Assembly: GCA_963728565.1 (NCBI GenBank)
Contig: CAVSLC010000013.1
Span: 416,001-480,000 of the forward strand
Source: an uncultured delta proteobacterium
GTDB lineage: Bacteria > Desulfobacterota > Binatia > UBA9968
DNA: 64,000 bases
Direction: 5' to 3'
Under the pieces are notes generated by a model that worked only from the letters and a program-made list of their open reading frames with translations, made no database searches and was not told the origin of the DNA. Position 1 is the first letter of the stretch. Each line of letters starts with the position of its first letter. The translations under genes were made by a program, and so were the position numbers. Shown here piece after piece: positions 29,070 to 39,878 of this stretch.

Positions 29070-29487
29070 GCCTCCGGTCGCTAGAGCTAGTTCGCCAGTT
29101 TTGGCTTTCTTAGATGACGCGCCTGGTTTTCTGGCCGGAGTCTATGTTGAGTACAACTGCCCCATATACGCTTTCAGGGGCACATCAGCACCGTTAGACC
29201 ACGCGATTGTCAGACCGTCAATAAAAAACTTCTTGAATAGTGTTTGTTCAGAGGTTCGAAAATCGGTCCGGTGAGCCACGACTAAGTCGATGATTCTCTG
29301 GTGCTGTCGATACATGGCCCGAAGAACCTCTTACTACATATTCCGCATAGATATTCCACTCCATGGGAAGATTGGGTAATTTGTACCGTCCCGACTGATG
29401 CCCTGTTGAAGTCTCCCGTCCGGGTCAGATCGGCAGTAGAACCACGGCCGCGAGCGGGACGGGGAAGCCGGGCAGCTGGCTTATCTT

Positions 29488-29526
29488 AACAAAAGGAGCT
29501 AGCGCGGCAAGCCCGCGCTAGCTCCT
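29488..29526 (-). terminator. Intrinsic terminator downstream of the methyltransferase
   Basis: 14-bp stem AGGAGCTAGCGCGG/CCGCGCTAGCTCCT with TTTTGTT tail on the minus strand. Confidence 0.85.
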
Positions 29527-29553
29527 AAATCGCTCATTTCTGGACCGCCTACT

Positions 29554-30611
29554 CTAAGGTTGAGCTTCGAGAATCAGGTTAAACGGGGTTTTCTTGGCCG
29601 CCCGGATAGTCCGGAATCCAGCTTCTTTTAAAATCTTCGTTAACTTCTTCTCGCCCGCTTGGGCTCCGAGCGCCATCCCTTCTTCGGACAATGAATGCGC
29701 GCAGCAGAGCGTCGTCGACGCGGAATAGTAAAGGCGTCCGATGGGATTTAGATTATCTTCGACCCGGTCGTTGGCGTACGGTTCGACGAGCATGACGGAG
29801 CCGTTTGGCGACAACGCTTCGCGCGCGTGGCGCGCCGCGCCCACTGGATCTCCCATATCGTGCAAACAATCGAAGAAACAGATCAAATCGAACCCTTGCG
29901 CGGGATAGTTCTTGGCATCCGCAACCTCGAAGGTAACACGATCGCCGATACTGCGCTTTTTAGCATTCCCTCGCGCGGCATCGATCGAATCCGGGTGAAT
30001 GTCGAAGCCCCAAAATCGAGATCCGAGGAAACGCTTCGGCCATGATGATCGTCGAGTGTCCGTGGCCGCAGCCGACGTCGGCGATCTTGGCCCCGGCATT
30101 TAACTTCTCCGTGCCGTTTTCCAGAGCGGGTAGCCAATCTGAAACTAACTGGCCCTGGTATGCGTTTCGGTAAAAGGCGGCGACACCCCGGTACAGTCGC
30201 GGGTTGTGCTCGTCCCAGCCGATGCCTCGCCCGGTGCGGAACGCCTCGATTGTTTTCTCTTCATCGAACCACATGGACGCCGGCACTTCCCAGGCGGGCG
30301 GCAGGAAAAGCGGGCTGTCCTCGTTAGCGAGCACCATCGCCTGCTCGGGTGTGAGCTCGTAAGTCTCGCTGGACGGGTGATAGACGACATAACCCGCGGC
30401 TGCCTGGCTGTTGAGCCATTCGCGCACATACCGCTCTGCGCAACCAGCTAGTTTGGCGACCTCCGTGGAGCTTAAGGGACCCTGTCCTGCCATTGCCTTG
30501 TACAAGCCGAGTTTATCTCCCAAAGCGACCATCACTCCGCCATAACCCGCCGCCAGATCATTGATCGCTTTTTCCACGAAGCTCATTTAGCTTTTGCTCG
30601 TTGACCTTCAT
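29554..30611 (-). CDS. Class I SAM-dependent methyltransferase with N-terminal wHTH (Rv2258c-like), frameshifted
   Basis: GDKLGLYKAM, ERYVREWL, ADVGCGHG, FDCLHDMGDP, LGAQAGE; +1 shifts at ~30585 and ~30022; RBS GGAGG. Confidence 0.85.
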
Positions 30612-30727
30612 CGTTCTATCCTCCTAAGGTAGATTTGTTTTCACGCCAGTCAAAATAATCTCTCGAGCCTGTCGGTAGAAGAGCGAAAACGGTCAAAACA
30701 GGTTCGTTCGTGCCAGAGGGAAAGAAA

Positions 30728-31779
30728 ATGAAGGGTGGAAAAAAATCGATTAGCGTCAGTCTCTTGGCTATTCCCGAGGTCATGGCCTCGACGCTTAATC
30801 GGACTCCACGACGTGTTGAATTCGTTCGCTCTGCTTTCCACTTACAATGATGCTTTACCGAGCGATCCGCCGTTCACCGTGGAAATCGTCGCCCCCAGTT
30901 CGCGGCCTGACGCACACTGCCAGCGGTATGCCGATCCCAGCCGGGCGATCCATCGATGACATCGATTCGACCGATGTGATCATTGTACCGTCGGTCATCG
31001 TTGCGCGGGGCGAGTGGCTTAAAGGCAGATATCCGAGCATCGTTCGTTGGTTAACCGAGATGCATGCCAAAGGCGCGCAGTTGTGTTCGACGTGCTCCGG
31101 CGTACTACTGTTGGCGGAAACCGGTTTATTGGAGGGCAAAGAAGCAACCATTCACTGGATTTACGCGCCGACTTTCCAAAGAAACTTTCCCGGTGTTCGT
31201 TTGCGCGTGGAGAAAGCCTTGGTTGCGATCGGAGAAAATAATCAATTCATCATGTCCGGCGCGTCCACGGCATGGCACGATTTGATTCTCTACTTGATCT
31301 CCCAGCATGCCGGTCCCACAGCCGCGCAAGCCATCGCCAAGTTTTTCGCATTTCAATGGCATGCCGACGGCTTGTCTCCCTATGTCATGTTCGAACCAGC
31401 TACGGATCATGGCGACGCCGTAATTCAAGAGACTCAGAAATGGCTCAACAAGCATTTCTCGGTGCCAAGCCCGATCGAGCAAGCGGTGCGCCAATCCGGC
31501 ATCGCTGAGCGCACCTTCAAACGGCGCTTCAAGAACGCAACGGGTCACACGCCCATTGAGTATGTCCAGCGCCTGCGCGTGGATGAAGCAAAGCGGCGGT
31601 TGGAAAGAACAACCGCGCCCATCGATGAAATTGGCTGGCAGGTCGGCTACGAAGACCCGACCTTTTTTCGCCGCTTATTCAAGCGTCTCACCGGCGTTAC
31701 CGCCGGCGCATACAGACGCAGGTTCAGGATCCCGGAGTCTGTGCCTCTCGCAAAGATGAAAAGTGGGATTCGATTGTGA
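30728..31779 (+). CDS. GlxA-family AraC transcriptional regulator (DJ-1/PfpI + HTH), frameshifted
   Basis: STCSGVLLLAETGLLEGKEATIHW, SGIAERTFKRRFK, VGYEDPTFFRRLFKR; +1 shifts at ~30797 and ~30900; divergent from the methyltransferase. Confidence 0.85.
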
Positions 31780-32048
31780 TGGCCGATTCGGTCGTAATGA
31801 TCCCGGATTCCGCAGTTGAAGGAGAGGTCATGAGCGAGGAGCAAACCTTCCGCAGCGGCGAGCCAAGCATCAAAAAGGACTTTGAAACGGAACACTCCGG
31901 TGTCTTCGCTTCTCCAGGCTGCCCCTCGCTCAGTTTTTAACTGCGGAAGGCGGGTTGATATCACCGCGACTGTTTGCAGTTGCAATTCCCGGCGCAACCA
32001 GCTGTCACTCATCGGCGGAACGGACAAAATCAATGCTCGTCCAGCACG

Positions 32049-32587
32049 TTATTTCGGCGGGATGTTCGCCGGAACTTTATTGGGTATCGGCTTGATGGTT
32101 CTAAGATAACGATAGATAGCGCGAACATCCTCTTCCTTCATATTGGCATAGATGTTCCACTCCATCGGCGAGGTCGCGTACTTGGTGCCGTCGGACCTGA
32201 CGCCGTGTTTGAATGTCCGGACGAACTGCTCCTCGCTCCAGCGTCCGAGCCCCGTTTCCGGGTCCGGAGTTAGATTCGCAGCGTAAAAACGCGCGCCCCT
32301 TGGTCCCGGAAAGCCGGCCACCTGGCTACGACCTACTTTCGTGCCGGCATATTTTGCCGGCACGCCGGATAGATAAAGGCTCATGTCCGATTCGCCATCG
32401 GGCGCTAACGGGAGTGTGACAGCCGACACAGTGGCCGAGATAGATTCACCAAATAGTTGCCTCGCTCGATGTAGCTTGCTTGCTCCCAATCGGCAGGGAT
32501 CGTTTCCTGAGCCGAGTTAAAGGAGCACGCCGCGCCGAGTAAAGTCAATGCGCCGCAAGCAAGAAAGATTGCATACCGCCATTTCAT
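32049..32587 (-). CDS. Monoheme cytochrome c (possibly lipoprotein), frameshifted
   Basis: A third frame between the two ORFs reads YLGHCVGCHTP (CXXCH); NLTPDPETGLGRWS, PMEW distal Met, AIYRYLRT. Confidence 0.8.
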
Positions 32588-32599
32588 GGTTTGCTCCGG

Positions 32600-33106
32600 T
32601 TATTTTTGTTCGGCTGGGATTCTTTCGGGCGGCGTATTCTTGATCGGCTTGATCGTCCTGAGATACGCCCATAGCGACTTCAGATCGCGATCGGTTATTT
32701 TTTGAAAGGCATCCCACGGCATCTGCGCGTCGAGCACTCGTCCGTCCGGCGTAATGCCGGTTTTCATGGCTCTAATGAACTGGGCTTCAGTCCATTTGCC
32801 GATGCCGGTTTCCGGATCGGGCGTGATGTTACTCGCATAAATCTTCTTCCACCGGGGCGAGGACCAGCCCGCGTTTGCCGGCGGACCGGCAGGCGGCGCG
32901 GGATTGGGCGAACCGGCATAGTGCCAATTCTCATCCTTACTGCCATCGGGCTTTTCACGCGTGTGACAGCCGCAGCCTTGAATCGCAGTTGCGATGTAGC
33001 GACCGCGGGCGATCCTTTCCGTTTCCGTCTCAGCGCCGGCCGGCGCGGGGGGCGATACGAGGAAAGATGTTGCCAGGATCATCAAAAGAGTAGATATCCA
33101 ATTCAT
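32600..33106 (-). CDS. Cytochrome c with contracted CXCH motif
   Basis: Signal peptide, ARGRYIA..GCGCHT, NITPDPETGIGKWT, QMPW, LWAYLRT; paralogue of 32049-32587. Confidence 0.8.
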   Translation of the reverse strand: MNWISTLLMILATSFLVSPPAPAGAETETERIARGRYIATAIQGCGCHTREKPDGSKDENWHYAGSPNPAPPAGPPANAGWSSPRWKKIYASNITPDPETGIGKWTEAQFIRAMKTGITPDGRVLDAQMPWDAFQKITDRDLKSLWAYLRTIKPIKNTPPERIPAEQK

Positions 33107-33157
33107 CGACGGGCCTTTCCACAAATCTGATCATCACGATGTACCCTTGGGTGAAAC

Positions 33158-33559
33158 ATGTTTGCAACCGAATTCATGCTTTTTGGACTCAGCCGGGCAA
33201 AAAATGGCGCGCTGCGGATTCTGATCGTCGCCGGCGTTCTGCTTCTATGCTGCTCAAATGCCCACGCCGATATGGAACAGGGGAAACGGATCTATCGTGA
33301 GAACTGCGCTCCCTGTCATGGCGAGGCAGGCAAAGGCGATGGAGTTGGAGCGCGATCGCTGCCGGTGCGTCCGGCCGATCATACCAATTCCGCGGCAATG
33401 ACTGCACGCACGGATGCTTTTCTGCGCGATGTCATAGCCAAAGGCGGTAAAGCGATGGGCCTCTCCTCTTTCATGCCGGCATGGCAAGGAATCTTTAAAG
33501 ATAAAGAGATTGAAGATCTGGTTGCTTACATCCGCAGCCTGGCGCTACCTGCCAAATGA
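33158..33559 (+). CDS. Class I cytochrome c (c6-like)
   Basis: Signal peptide, GKRIYRENCAPCHG, MPAW, LVAYIRSL. Confidence 0.88.
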   Translation: MFATEFMLFGLSRAKNGALRILIVAGVLLLCCSNAHADMEQGKRIYRENCAPCHGEAGKGDGVGARSLPVRPADHTNSAAMTARTDAFLRDVIAKGGKAMGLSSFMPAWQGIFKDKEIEDLVAYIRSLALPAK

Positions 33560-34161
33560 ATCGGTCTATGGCGCCACAGGATTCATATCCGTTAATTTTT
33601 ACAGCTCTTACTTTTCAGTCTGAAAACTCCCGCCACGAACACCACCCTTCGCTGTTGATTGGTTGAGACGATTCCCGCGCTCACCAGTCACGAGAGGCGC
33701 GGGCGGCAAAAAATCATTCCCGGCTTTCTGACCAGACAATATCATTTATCCAGTGAGCCGGTAGGTCTCGCATCCCTTAACGAGACCCGCGCTTGACTGT
33801 CCACCTTTTACAATTTTCGCCAGGATTCACGATTTTGTTTATGGGTCAACCAATCGCAGCGACACAAGACCGGCTTCCCCCCTCGTTTAGACGCGCACTA
33901 TCAGCACTTTTAGTAGCTTGGCGGAGCAATCACGAGAATTGGCACATATTTGGCGATCGGCTTCGGGCGACTGAACTTTGGCGCCAGCCGAACCTGGTTC
34001 AGCCGTTCCGAGCAAAACTGAACTGAACCACTAAACATAGAATGATTCTCCAATTTCTCTCCTCGAACGGTGACAGCGCATGGCTTGCGCGATCGAAGTA
34101 TCTGCGCGGCGCTAAACATTAGCCTTTCCGGTTCAAATCCGATGTAAATAGGGAGACCACA

Positions 34162-36124
34162 ATGGATGGCACGATTACCTGGATGCTCGTTCTCGCGGGC
34201 GCTACCATAGCTCTACTGGGCGCCTTTCTGGTTGCCTCTGAAAAGGAATTAAGAAAGAAGCGCCGGGAAGTGGCGACTCTTGCCGCGAAACTTTCCCGGC
34301 CGAACACGGGCACAGCTGCCGATGATTATCAAAACAACCTAGGCAAACTCGAAAACGCCAATAAAGAATTACAGGAACAACTCTCGGCTCTAGCCAGCAG
34401 ACTGGAGTCGACTGAGCGTAAGTTCAGTCAACTTGACGCCGAGAAGCGCCGGTTAGAAGTCTCTAACCAGAATCTCAACTACGAAGCAGTAGCCCTCCGG
34501 GAGCAGTTGCATTCCAGATTAAAAGCGACCGAGGAATCTGATTTAGAGAGAGCTGCCTTCGATGAGCAGCTTGCCGCGATAGCGAACGAGTTGAAGTCGA
34601 CCACGGCAAAGCTCGAGCAAAGCAAGACGAGAATCGAGGAACTGGAGAACGCCAGCGCACCGTCAGCTCTTGTCAATGCCGAGCGTTCCCTCGCCGAGTC
34701 CCGCGTCGAGTTCGAAAATAATCTCCAAGCACTTGAGCGAGAGCTGGCCGATTGTCAGGAGAAGCTGCGGACGGTCGATACGATCAACCGTCAGTTGCTC
34801 GACCTCGAACAAGGATACGACAAGGCGCTGCTCAGTAATCGGCAACTGCAACAGGAAATCATTGGCTACCAAGAGCGGCTTACTAAAAAGGAGGCCTCGC
34901 AGCAGCCTATGGGGATCATTCGCGAGCAGATGGATGATTCACCTTTGCAAAGCGACATGTCGGATGACCCGGCGCAAATGCAGTTTGATGGGATCAGGTT
35001 ACTCGAGAACCGGTCCAGCAGCCGCCAAGCTGCGCCATCAGGAATAGTTCTTCGAAGCGCAGCTTCCCCGGGGCTCTCCGGAATGGACGGCCTCGAGAGT
35101 TATGGACAAACCACCACTTTGCATACTGCCATCGGTTATGTTGAGCCCATTCAGGACCAAAGCAAGGTCGCCGACATGGATCTGGAACGGCGGCAGTCAA
35201 CGACTAGGCGAACCGCCCAATTGTCCCACCTGCTCGCCTGGATACGACTTCATGGTAGCGATACCTACCGAGAACAGATCGACTCGCTCAAAGACTTTAC
35301 CGATCTTTCCGAACGTGAACGAGAAGTGGTTAGGGATATTTTCCTGGCGCGCGCGGACGAGGCGCAAAAGCGCGGGCGCGACGATGAAATGCTGCGTTAC
35401 CGCAGTTGGGCGAAAAACATCGTCTATCATACCCGATTTGCCGATGACGAGATCGAGTATTTCTCTAAAAATGGGGCTCCAGAAAACAAGCCCAGCTACG
35501 AGGAAAGCCATGATCGAACGGCCATCGATACGATCTCCGGGACGACGGACACAAACGCCGGCAAAGCCGTTTTGAGCACCCTTCCACCGGCCGGTACTAA
35601 GAGCCCGGCAGGGAATATCGCCCTAGGGATAGGCATAGGCCTAGGATTGGTTCTGATTCTCTTGGTTCAGCTCTTATTAGATACGTCCGCCGAGATCACT
35701 GTGGCCTCCGACGGTGCAACGACACCTGCCAGTTCTCGAGCCGTCGAGCTTCCGAAAAAGCAGCAATCCGTAGATGAGAACCGTTCAGCAATCGCGTTCC
35801 GAGAGTGCCCTTAAGGTCGAGGCTTTGCGCTCGGACGAGCACGTCAGAGCAAAACCGGACGACGCTAAAGCTGCCGCGCGCAACACCTCCAAAGAACCCG
35901 CGGGGAAGGCCCCCAGATCGCCGAGCACTTTTGGAGCGCATACGATCGTCAGATCAACGCCGGTTTACAGTGAACCCAGTGAGGACTCGGCCTTAATTAC
36001 CCGTCTGGATCCGGGCACTCAGGTCAACGTAGTCGCAGGGAACCGGGGGTGGTACGAGATTCGCTCTAGGAGCGGCCGTCCGCCGGGATTCATCAGGCAG
36101 GACGGCGCCTCGCGCAATCGTTAA
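34162..36124 (+). CDS. Membrane-anchored coiled-coil protein with C-terminal SH3b domain (frameshift ~35800)
   Basis: N-terminal TM, ~200-aa heptad-rich region, second TM (GIGIGLGLVLILL). The overlapping ORF 35774-36124 ends in SH3b-like VYSEPS..LITRLDPGTQVNV..GWYEIRS..PGFI. Confidence 0.65.
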
Positions 36125-36392
36125 TACGTCATCACCAAAACGGGTCGCGTCATACTCGATGAGGCCCGGCGATCGATGATCTCCTGCGCTAAGCGCTGGA
36201 ACTCGAACCGCGCACCCCACTTCGCGTGTTCAACTCACGTTAGAACGGCGTCAGATCGCGCGCGTCAATCGCGGGGCATAAATCGTTGCACCGATACCGC
36301 CTCGCAGGCGAGCAACCGGTCTTCCGCCTACTATCAGCGCGTCTTCGGCTTTCTTTTAAACGCCAATCTTGTCAGAGTTTGTTTTTTGGCTC

Positions 36393-37160
36393 ATGAAACT
36401 TTACTGCCGCATCGAAGGATCGGGTTTTCCTGTCATCATTCTTCACGGTCTCCTCGGCTCGTCGGATAACTGGCGCGCGATCAGCACACGGCTTAGTCCA
36501 AAGTACAAAATCTATACGGTAGACCTCCGCAATCATGGACGGTCACCGCATAGCGAAATAATGACGTACCCGGCCATGGCCGACGATTTGCGCGAACTCA
36601 TGGAGCGTGAAAGTATCTCGGAATGCCACGTTGTCGGTCACTCGATGGGCGGCAAGGTCGCCATGCAGTTCGCCACCAGTCACCCGGACCGGGTGAGCAA
36701 ATTGGTAATCGTTGATATCGCGCCCAAAGCTTACCCGCCGTCGCAGCGCGCCATGATGGCGGCGCTCGAAGAGCTGGAGCTGCAAAGTTTTCAAAGTTTC
36801 GGCGAAATCGATGCGGCCCTCGCGCCTGCTATCTCCGAAGCCCCGCTCCGGCAGTTTTTGATAAAAAATATTAGTCGACTGCCGTCCGGCGGTTTTCAAT
36901 GGCGGATCGATCTTGGTTCGATGGCCAAAAATTATGATCACCTGACGGAGCCGATCATCGCCGCAGCTTGCTATGACAAACCGGCTCTTTTCATGCGCGG
37001 CGGCCGATCGGAGTACATTGCGGATACCGACCTGTCATCCATCAGAACGATATTTACACGGGCTGAACTTGTGACAATCGTTCGCGCCGGGCACTGGCTT
37101 CACGCCGAGGCGACGGATGAGTTTCTTCAGATTCTGACTGATTTTCTAACCAAGCCCTAA
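36393..37160 (+). CDS. YbfF-like esterase (alpha/beta hydrolase)
   Basis: LHGLLGSSDNW, DLRNHGRS, GHSMGGK, VDIAP, AGHWLHAE. Confidence 0.9.
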   Translation: MKLYCRIEGSGFPVIILHGLLGSSDNWRAISTRLSPKYKIYTVDLRNHGRSPHSEIMTYPAMADDLRELMERESISECHVVGHSMGGKVAMQFATSHPDRVSKLVIVDIAPKAYPPSQRAMMAALEELELQSFQSFGEIDAALAPAISEAPLRQFLIKNISRLPSGGFQWRIDLGSMAKNYDHLTEPIIAAACYDKPALFMRGGRSEYIADTDLSSIRTIFTRAELVTIVRAGHWLHAEATDEFLQILTDFLTKP

Positions 37161-37352
37161 GCCGGTCGCAGGATCTCACTGCCGGAGTCATTGAACGGCC
37201 GGCGTTCTCGACGTCAAGCCATTCTGTAACAACTCCATACAGGTTCATTTCACGAAAACATCGGCGCACGGCGCTGACCCGCCGAACCCGTAGACCGTCA
37301 TCCGACAGCGTGCTATGAGACAGCTACCTATCGAGCAAAGGAGGCATCTCTC

Positions 37353-37733
37353 ATGGCGAAGCGCAAAAGCATTCACATCGAAGGTATGGAGCACGGCGCG
37401 CCGATTCCCAATGGCGTGGTCATCGGCAATCTGATTTTCTCCTCGGCAATTTCCGGCAAGGACGCCAAAACCGGGGTGCTTTCCGATGATCCGGTGGAAC
37501 AAGCCTACGCCATGTTTCGCAATCTCAAGTTATTCATGGAGAAGGCCGGCGGCACGACCGATAATATCGCGCATATGAAAGTTTATTTAAAAGAGGAAAA
37601 GTTTCGTGACGCCGTCAATAACGCATGGCTCGGGATGTTTCCCGATGAACACGACCGCCCCGCCCGGCACGCGCTCAAAGTCGAGTTGCGCGGCAATGTA
37701 TTGTTTCAAATCGAGGTGGTGGCCGTGCTATAA
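37353..37733 (+). CDS. RidA/YjgF-family protein
   Basis: IFSSAISG, MFPDEHDRPARH, QIEVVAVL; RBS GGAGG. Confidence 0.85.
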   Translation: MAKRKSIHIEGMEHGAPIPNGVVIGNLIFSSAISGKDAKTGVLSDDPVEQAYAMFRNLKLFMEKAGGTTDNIAHMKVYLKEEKFRDAVNNAWLGMFPDEHDRPARHALKVELRGNVLFQIEVVAVL

Positions 37734-37783
37734 ATCTATTTAGGCAGTCGCTCTTGCGAAATATAACAAGCGAGGAGGTTTTT

Positions 37784-38170
37784 ATGAGCGTCGACGTCAT
37801 CGATCTGGTGGATCTGGCCCGTCAAGAAAAGCGGCGCAAGAATATTTTCAACACGCCGCGGTTTCACGCCTGGATGCATTATTATAAGCCGGGACAGAAA
37901 GATGAAATGCATTGTCACAATGCCGATCAAACCTTTTACGTGATTGAGGGCGAATGCACCATGCGTTTTCCCGATGGCGGCCAAGTGGTCATGAAGCCAG
38001 GGCAGGCGGCGCTGATCACGGGAGGATCGTTCTATCAGCTGGAGAACGCCGGCTCCGAACCGATGATCATGATGGGTAATCGCTCGGGGCCGGCCGAAAA
38101 AATTCAGATCATCAGCTACGAGACGCGTAAAGATATTCGCCAGCAAGTTCAAGCCGATTTCAATCCCTGA
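37784..38170 (+). CDS. Cupin-domain protein
   Basis: MHCHNADQTFYVIEG cupin motif; RBS GAGGAGG. Confidence 0.85.
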   Translation: MSVDVIDLVDLARQEKRRKNIFNTPRFHAWMHYYKPGQKDEMHCHNADQTFYVIEGECTMRFPDGGQVVMKPGQAALITGGSFYQLENAGSEPMIMMGNRSGPAEKIQIISYETRKDIRQQVQADFNP

Positions 38171-38445
38171 CATCTTTCACGGCGGGCGGCCGCGCTGCCA
38201 TGCGTTGCCGCCCTTGGGCCCGGCTCTCCCCTTCGGCATCAGCCGCTGGTTTATCAACGAGCAACAGCAGCACATTAGTTCTATCTCTTGCATTCCGGGT
38301 CAATCTTAGACCTGCGGCCTAGCAAACGGCACAAGCGATTCTCAAATTTCACAGACTGCATCTAGCGGTCTCTAAATTGTTTGTATTTATCGTGACGGCG
38401 GTCTAAGAGAGTAGCGTTGCTGCGCCGCGATTTGAACGGACAACG

Positions 38446-39690
38446 ATGTCGCTACGGACTAAACTAACCGATCAGATACGTCAGATCAGAGAGACCGATT
38501 CCCTGTTATGGCTGGTTGCTCTAGGTCACACCTTTACGCACTGGTGCCCCGCGACCTTTTATCTGCTGCTGCCGTATCTGGTTCAAGAGTTAGGGTTGAC
38601 CTATAGCCAAGCCGGCTTTCTTGTCACCATTCGCGCAGTCGCCAACCTGCTCGTTAATGTTCCAGCAGGCATACTCGTCGATATCATCGGCCGCAAAGCT
38701 TTGCTGATGGGGTTGGCGCTGCTCGCCACCGGCGTCCCGTATTTCCTAGTCGGCTTAAGTCATAGCTTTTTCTGGGTAGCGGTCTTCATGGCTTTTGTCG
38801 GCGTGGGCAACTATCTCTGGCATCCGGCGGCGATTTCCACAATTTCCGAAAGGTATCCCAGCAAACGGGGTTTTGCCATCGCGATCCACGCCATTGGCCC
38901 CAACATCGGTGAGAGTATCGCGCCGCTACTCGTCGGCGTGCTGCTCCTGACTTTATCCTGGCGCTCGGTTCTGTTCGTAAATCTCATTCCAGGCATCGTC
39001 ATCGCTTTAATCCTTTGGAAATTTCTCTTCGGCCGGCTTCAGACCCGGGCGCAGGCCAAGAAAGCTCTGCCGTTGAAAGAGTATCTGGCCGGCATGAAAA
39101 AAATGGCGCAGAACCCCAGCATCCTGCTGCTGGTACTCGTGGCCGGCATGCGCTCCATGACCCAGCAGGGATTGCATACTTTCTTGCCCATCTATCTAAC
39201 GCACGACCTCGGCTTGTCGAGCGCAATGGCAGGACTCTATCTCTCCATCACTCAAACCGCCGGCATGATAGGCACGCCCATCGCCGGGAGTATTTCGGAT
39301 CGCAGTGGAAGAAAACGAGTCCTCACCGCCGGACTGTTTTCAACCAGCGTCGTGCTCTTTGTTCTGGCTTATTTCCAGATGACCTGGCTATTCATCACAG
39401 GGTTGGCGATTCTTGGTTTCTTCCTGTACGCGGTCCGGCCTGTCATCTGGGCTTGGGTGCTCGATCTCAGCCCCAAGGAGTTGGGAGGGAGCATGGTCAG
39501 TTTCTTTTCCGGTTCACAGTCGTTGCTAAGTTCGCTCTCCCCGCTCATCTGCGGATTTATCGCCGACCGATGGGGCATTCTCACCGCGTTCTACTTCCTC
39601 GCAGGCACGGTCCTCTTAGCGAACCTTGTGGTTCTTGCTATAAGAGAACCGCAACCAGAAGCGCCGGGTCTGGTTGAAGAGCTTGCCTGA
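38446..39690 (+). CDS. MFS transporter (FSR-like)
   Basis: ~12 TM segments, GILVDIIGRK, GSISDRSGRK, WHPAA. Confidence 0.9.
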   Translation: MSLRTKLTDQIRQIRETDSLLWLVALGHTFTHWCPATFYLLLPYLVQELGLTYSQAGFLVTIRAVANLLVNVPAGILVDIIGRKALLMGLALLATGVPYFLVGLSHSFFWVAVFMAFVGVGNYLWHPAAISTISERYPSKRGFAIAIHAIGPNIGESIAPLLVGVLLLTLSWRSVLFVNLIPGIVIALILWKFLFGRLQTRAQAKKALPLKEYLAGMKKMAQNPSILLLVLVAGMRSMTQQGLHTFLPIYLTHDLGLSSAMAGLYLSITQTAGMIGTPIAGSISDRSGRKRVLTAGLFSTSVVLFVLAYFQMTWLFITGLAILGFFLYAVRPVIWAWVLDLSPKELGGSMVSFFSGSQSLLSSLSPLICGFIADRWGILTAFYFLAGTVLLANLVVLAIREPQPEAPGLVEELA

Positions 39691-39878
39691 CGACCAGGGA
39701 AGAGATGAGAACTCGTTCTTGACAAGTAAAACAAAAATCTACTATGAATTGCTGCTCGCGCCACCGTTCGCAAACTTCATCTCGTACGACTATCATGGTT
39801 AATCACGGATGCCGATTTTGGGCATCGGCCGGTTAATTTCATTTGATTCAAACAGGCTTGATTAGACGGGGGATATGA

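Noticed and set aside
29390-29480. SRP RNA, 6S RNA or hammerhead ribozyme
   Set aside because: It lacks the SRP CAGG..GGAA..AGCAG core and the hammerhead CUGAUGA/GAAA core, and is short for 6S.
28057-32587. Programmed frameshifting or a pseudogene island
   Set aside because: There are no consistent slippery sites. Isolated +1 bases in unrelated, otherwise intact genes fit sequencing error better.
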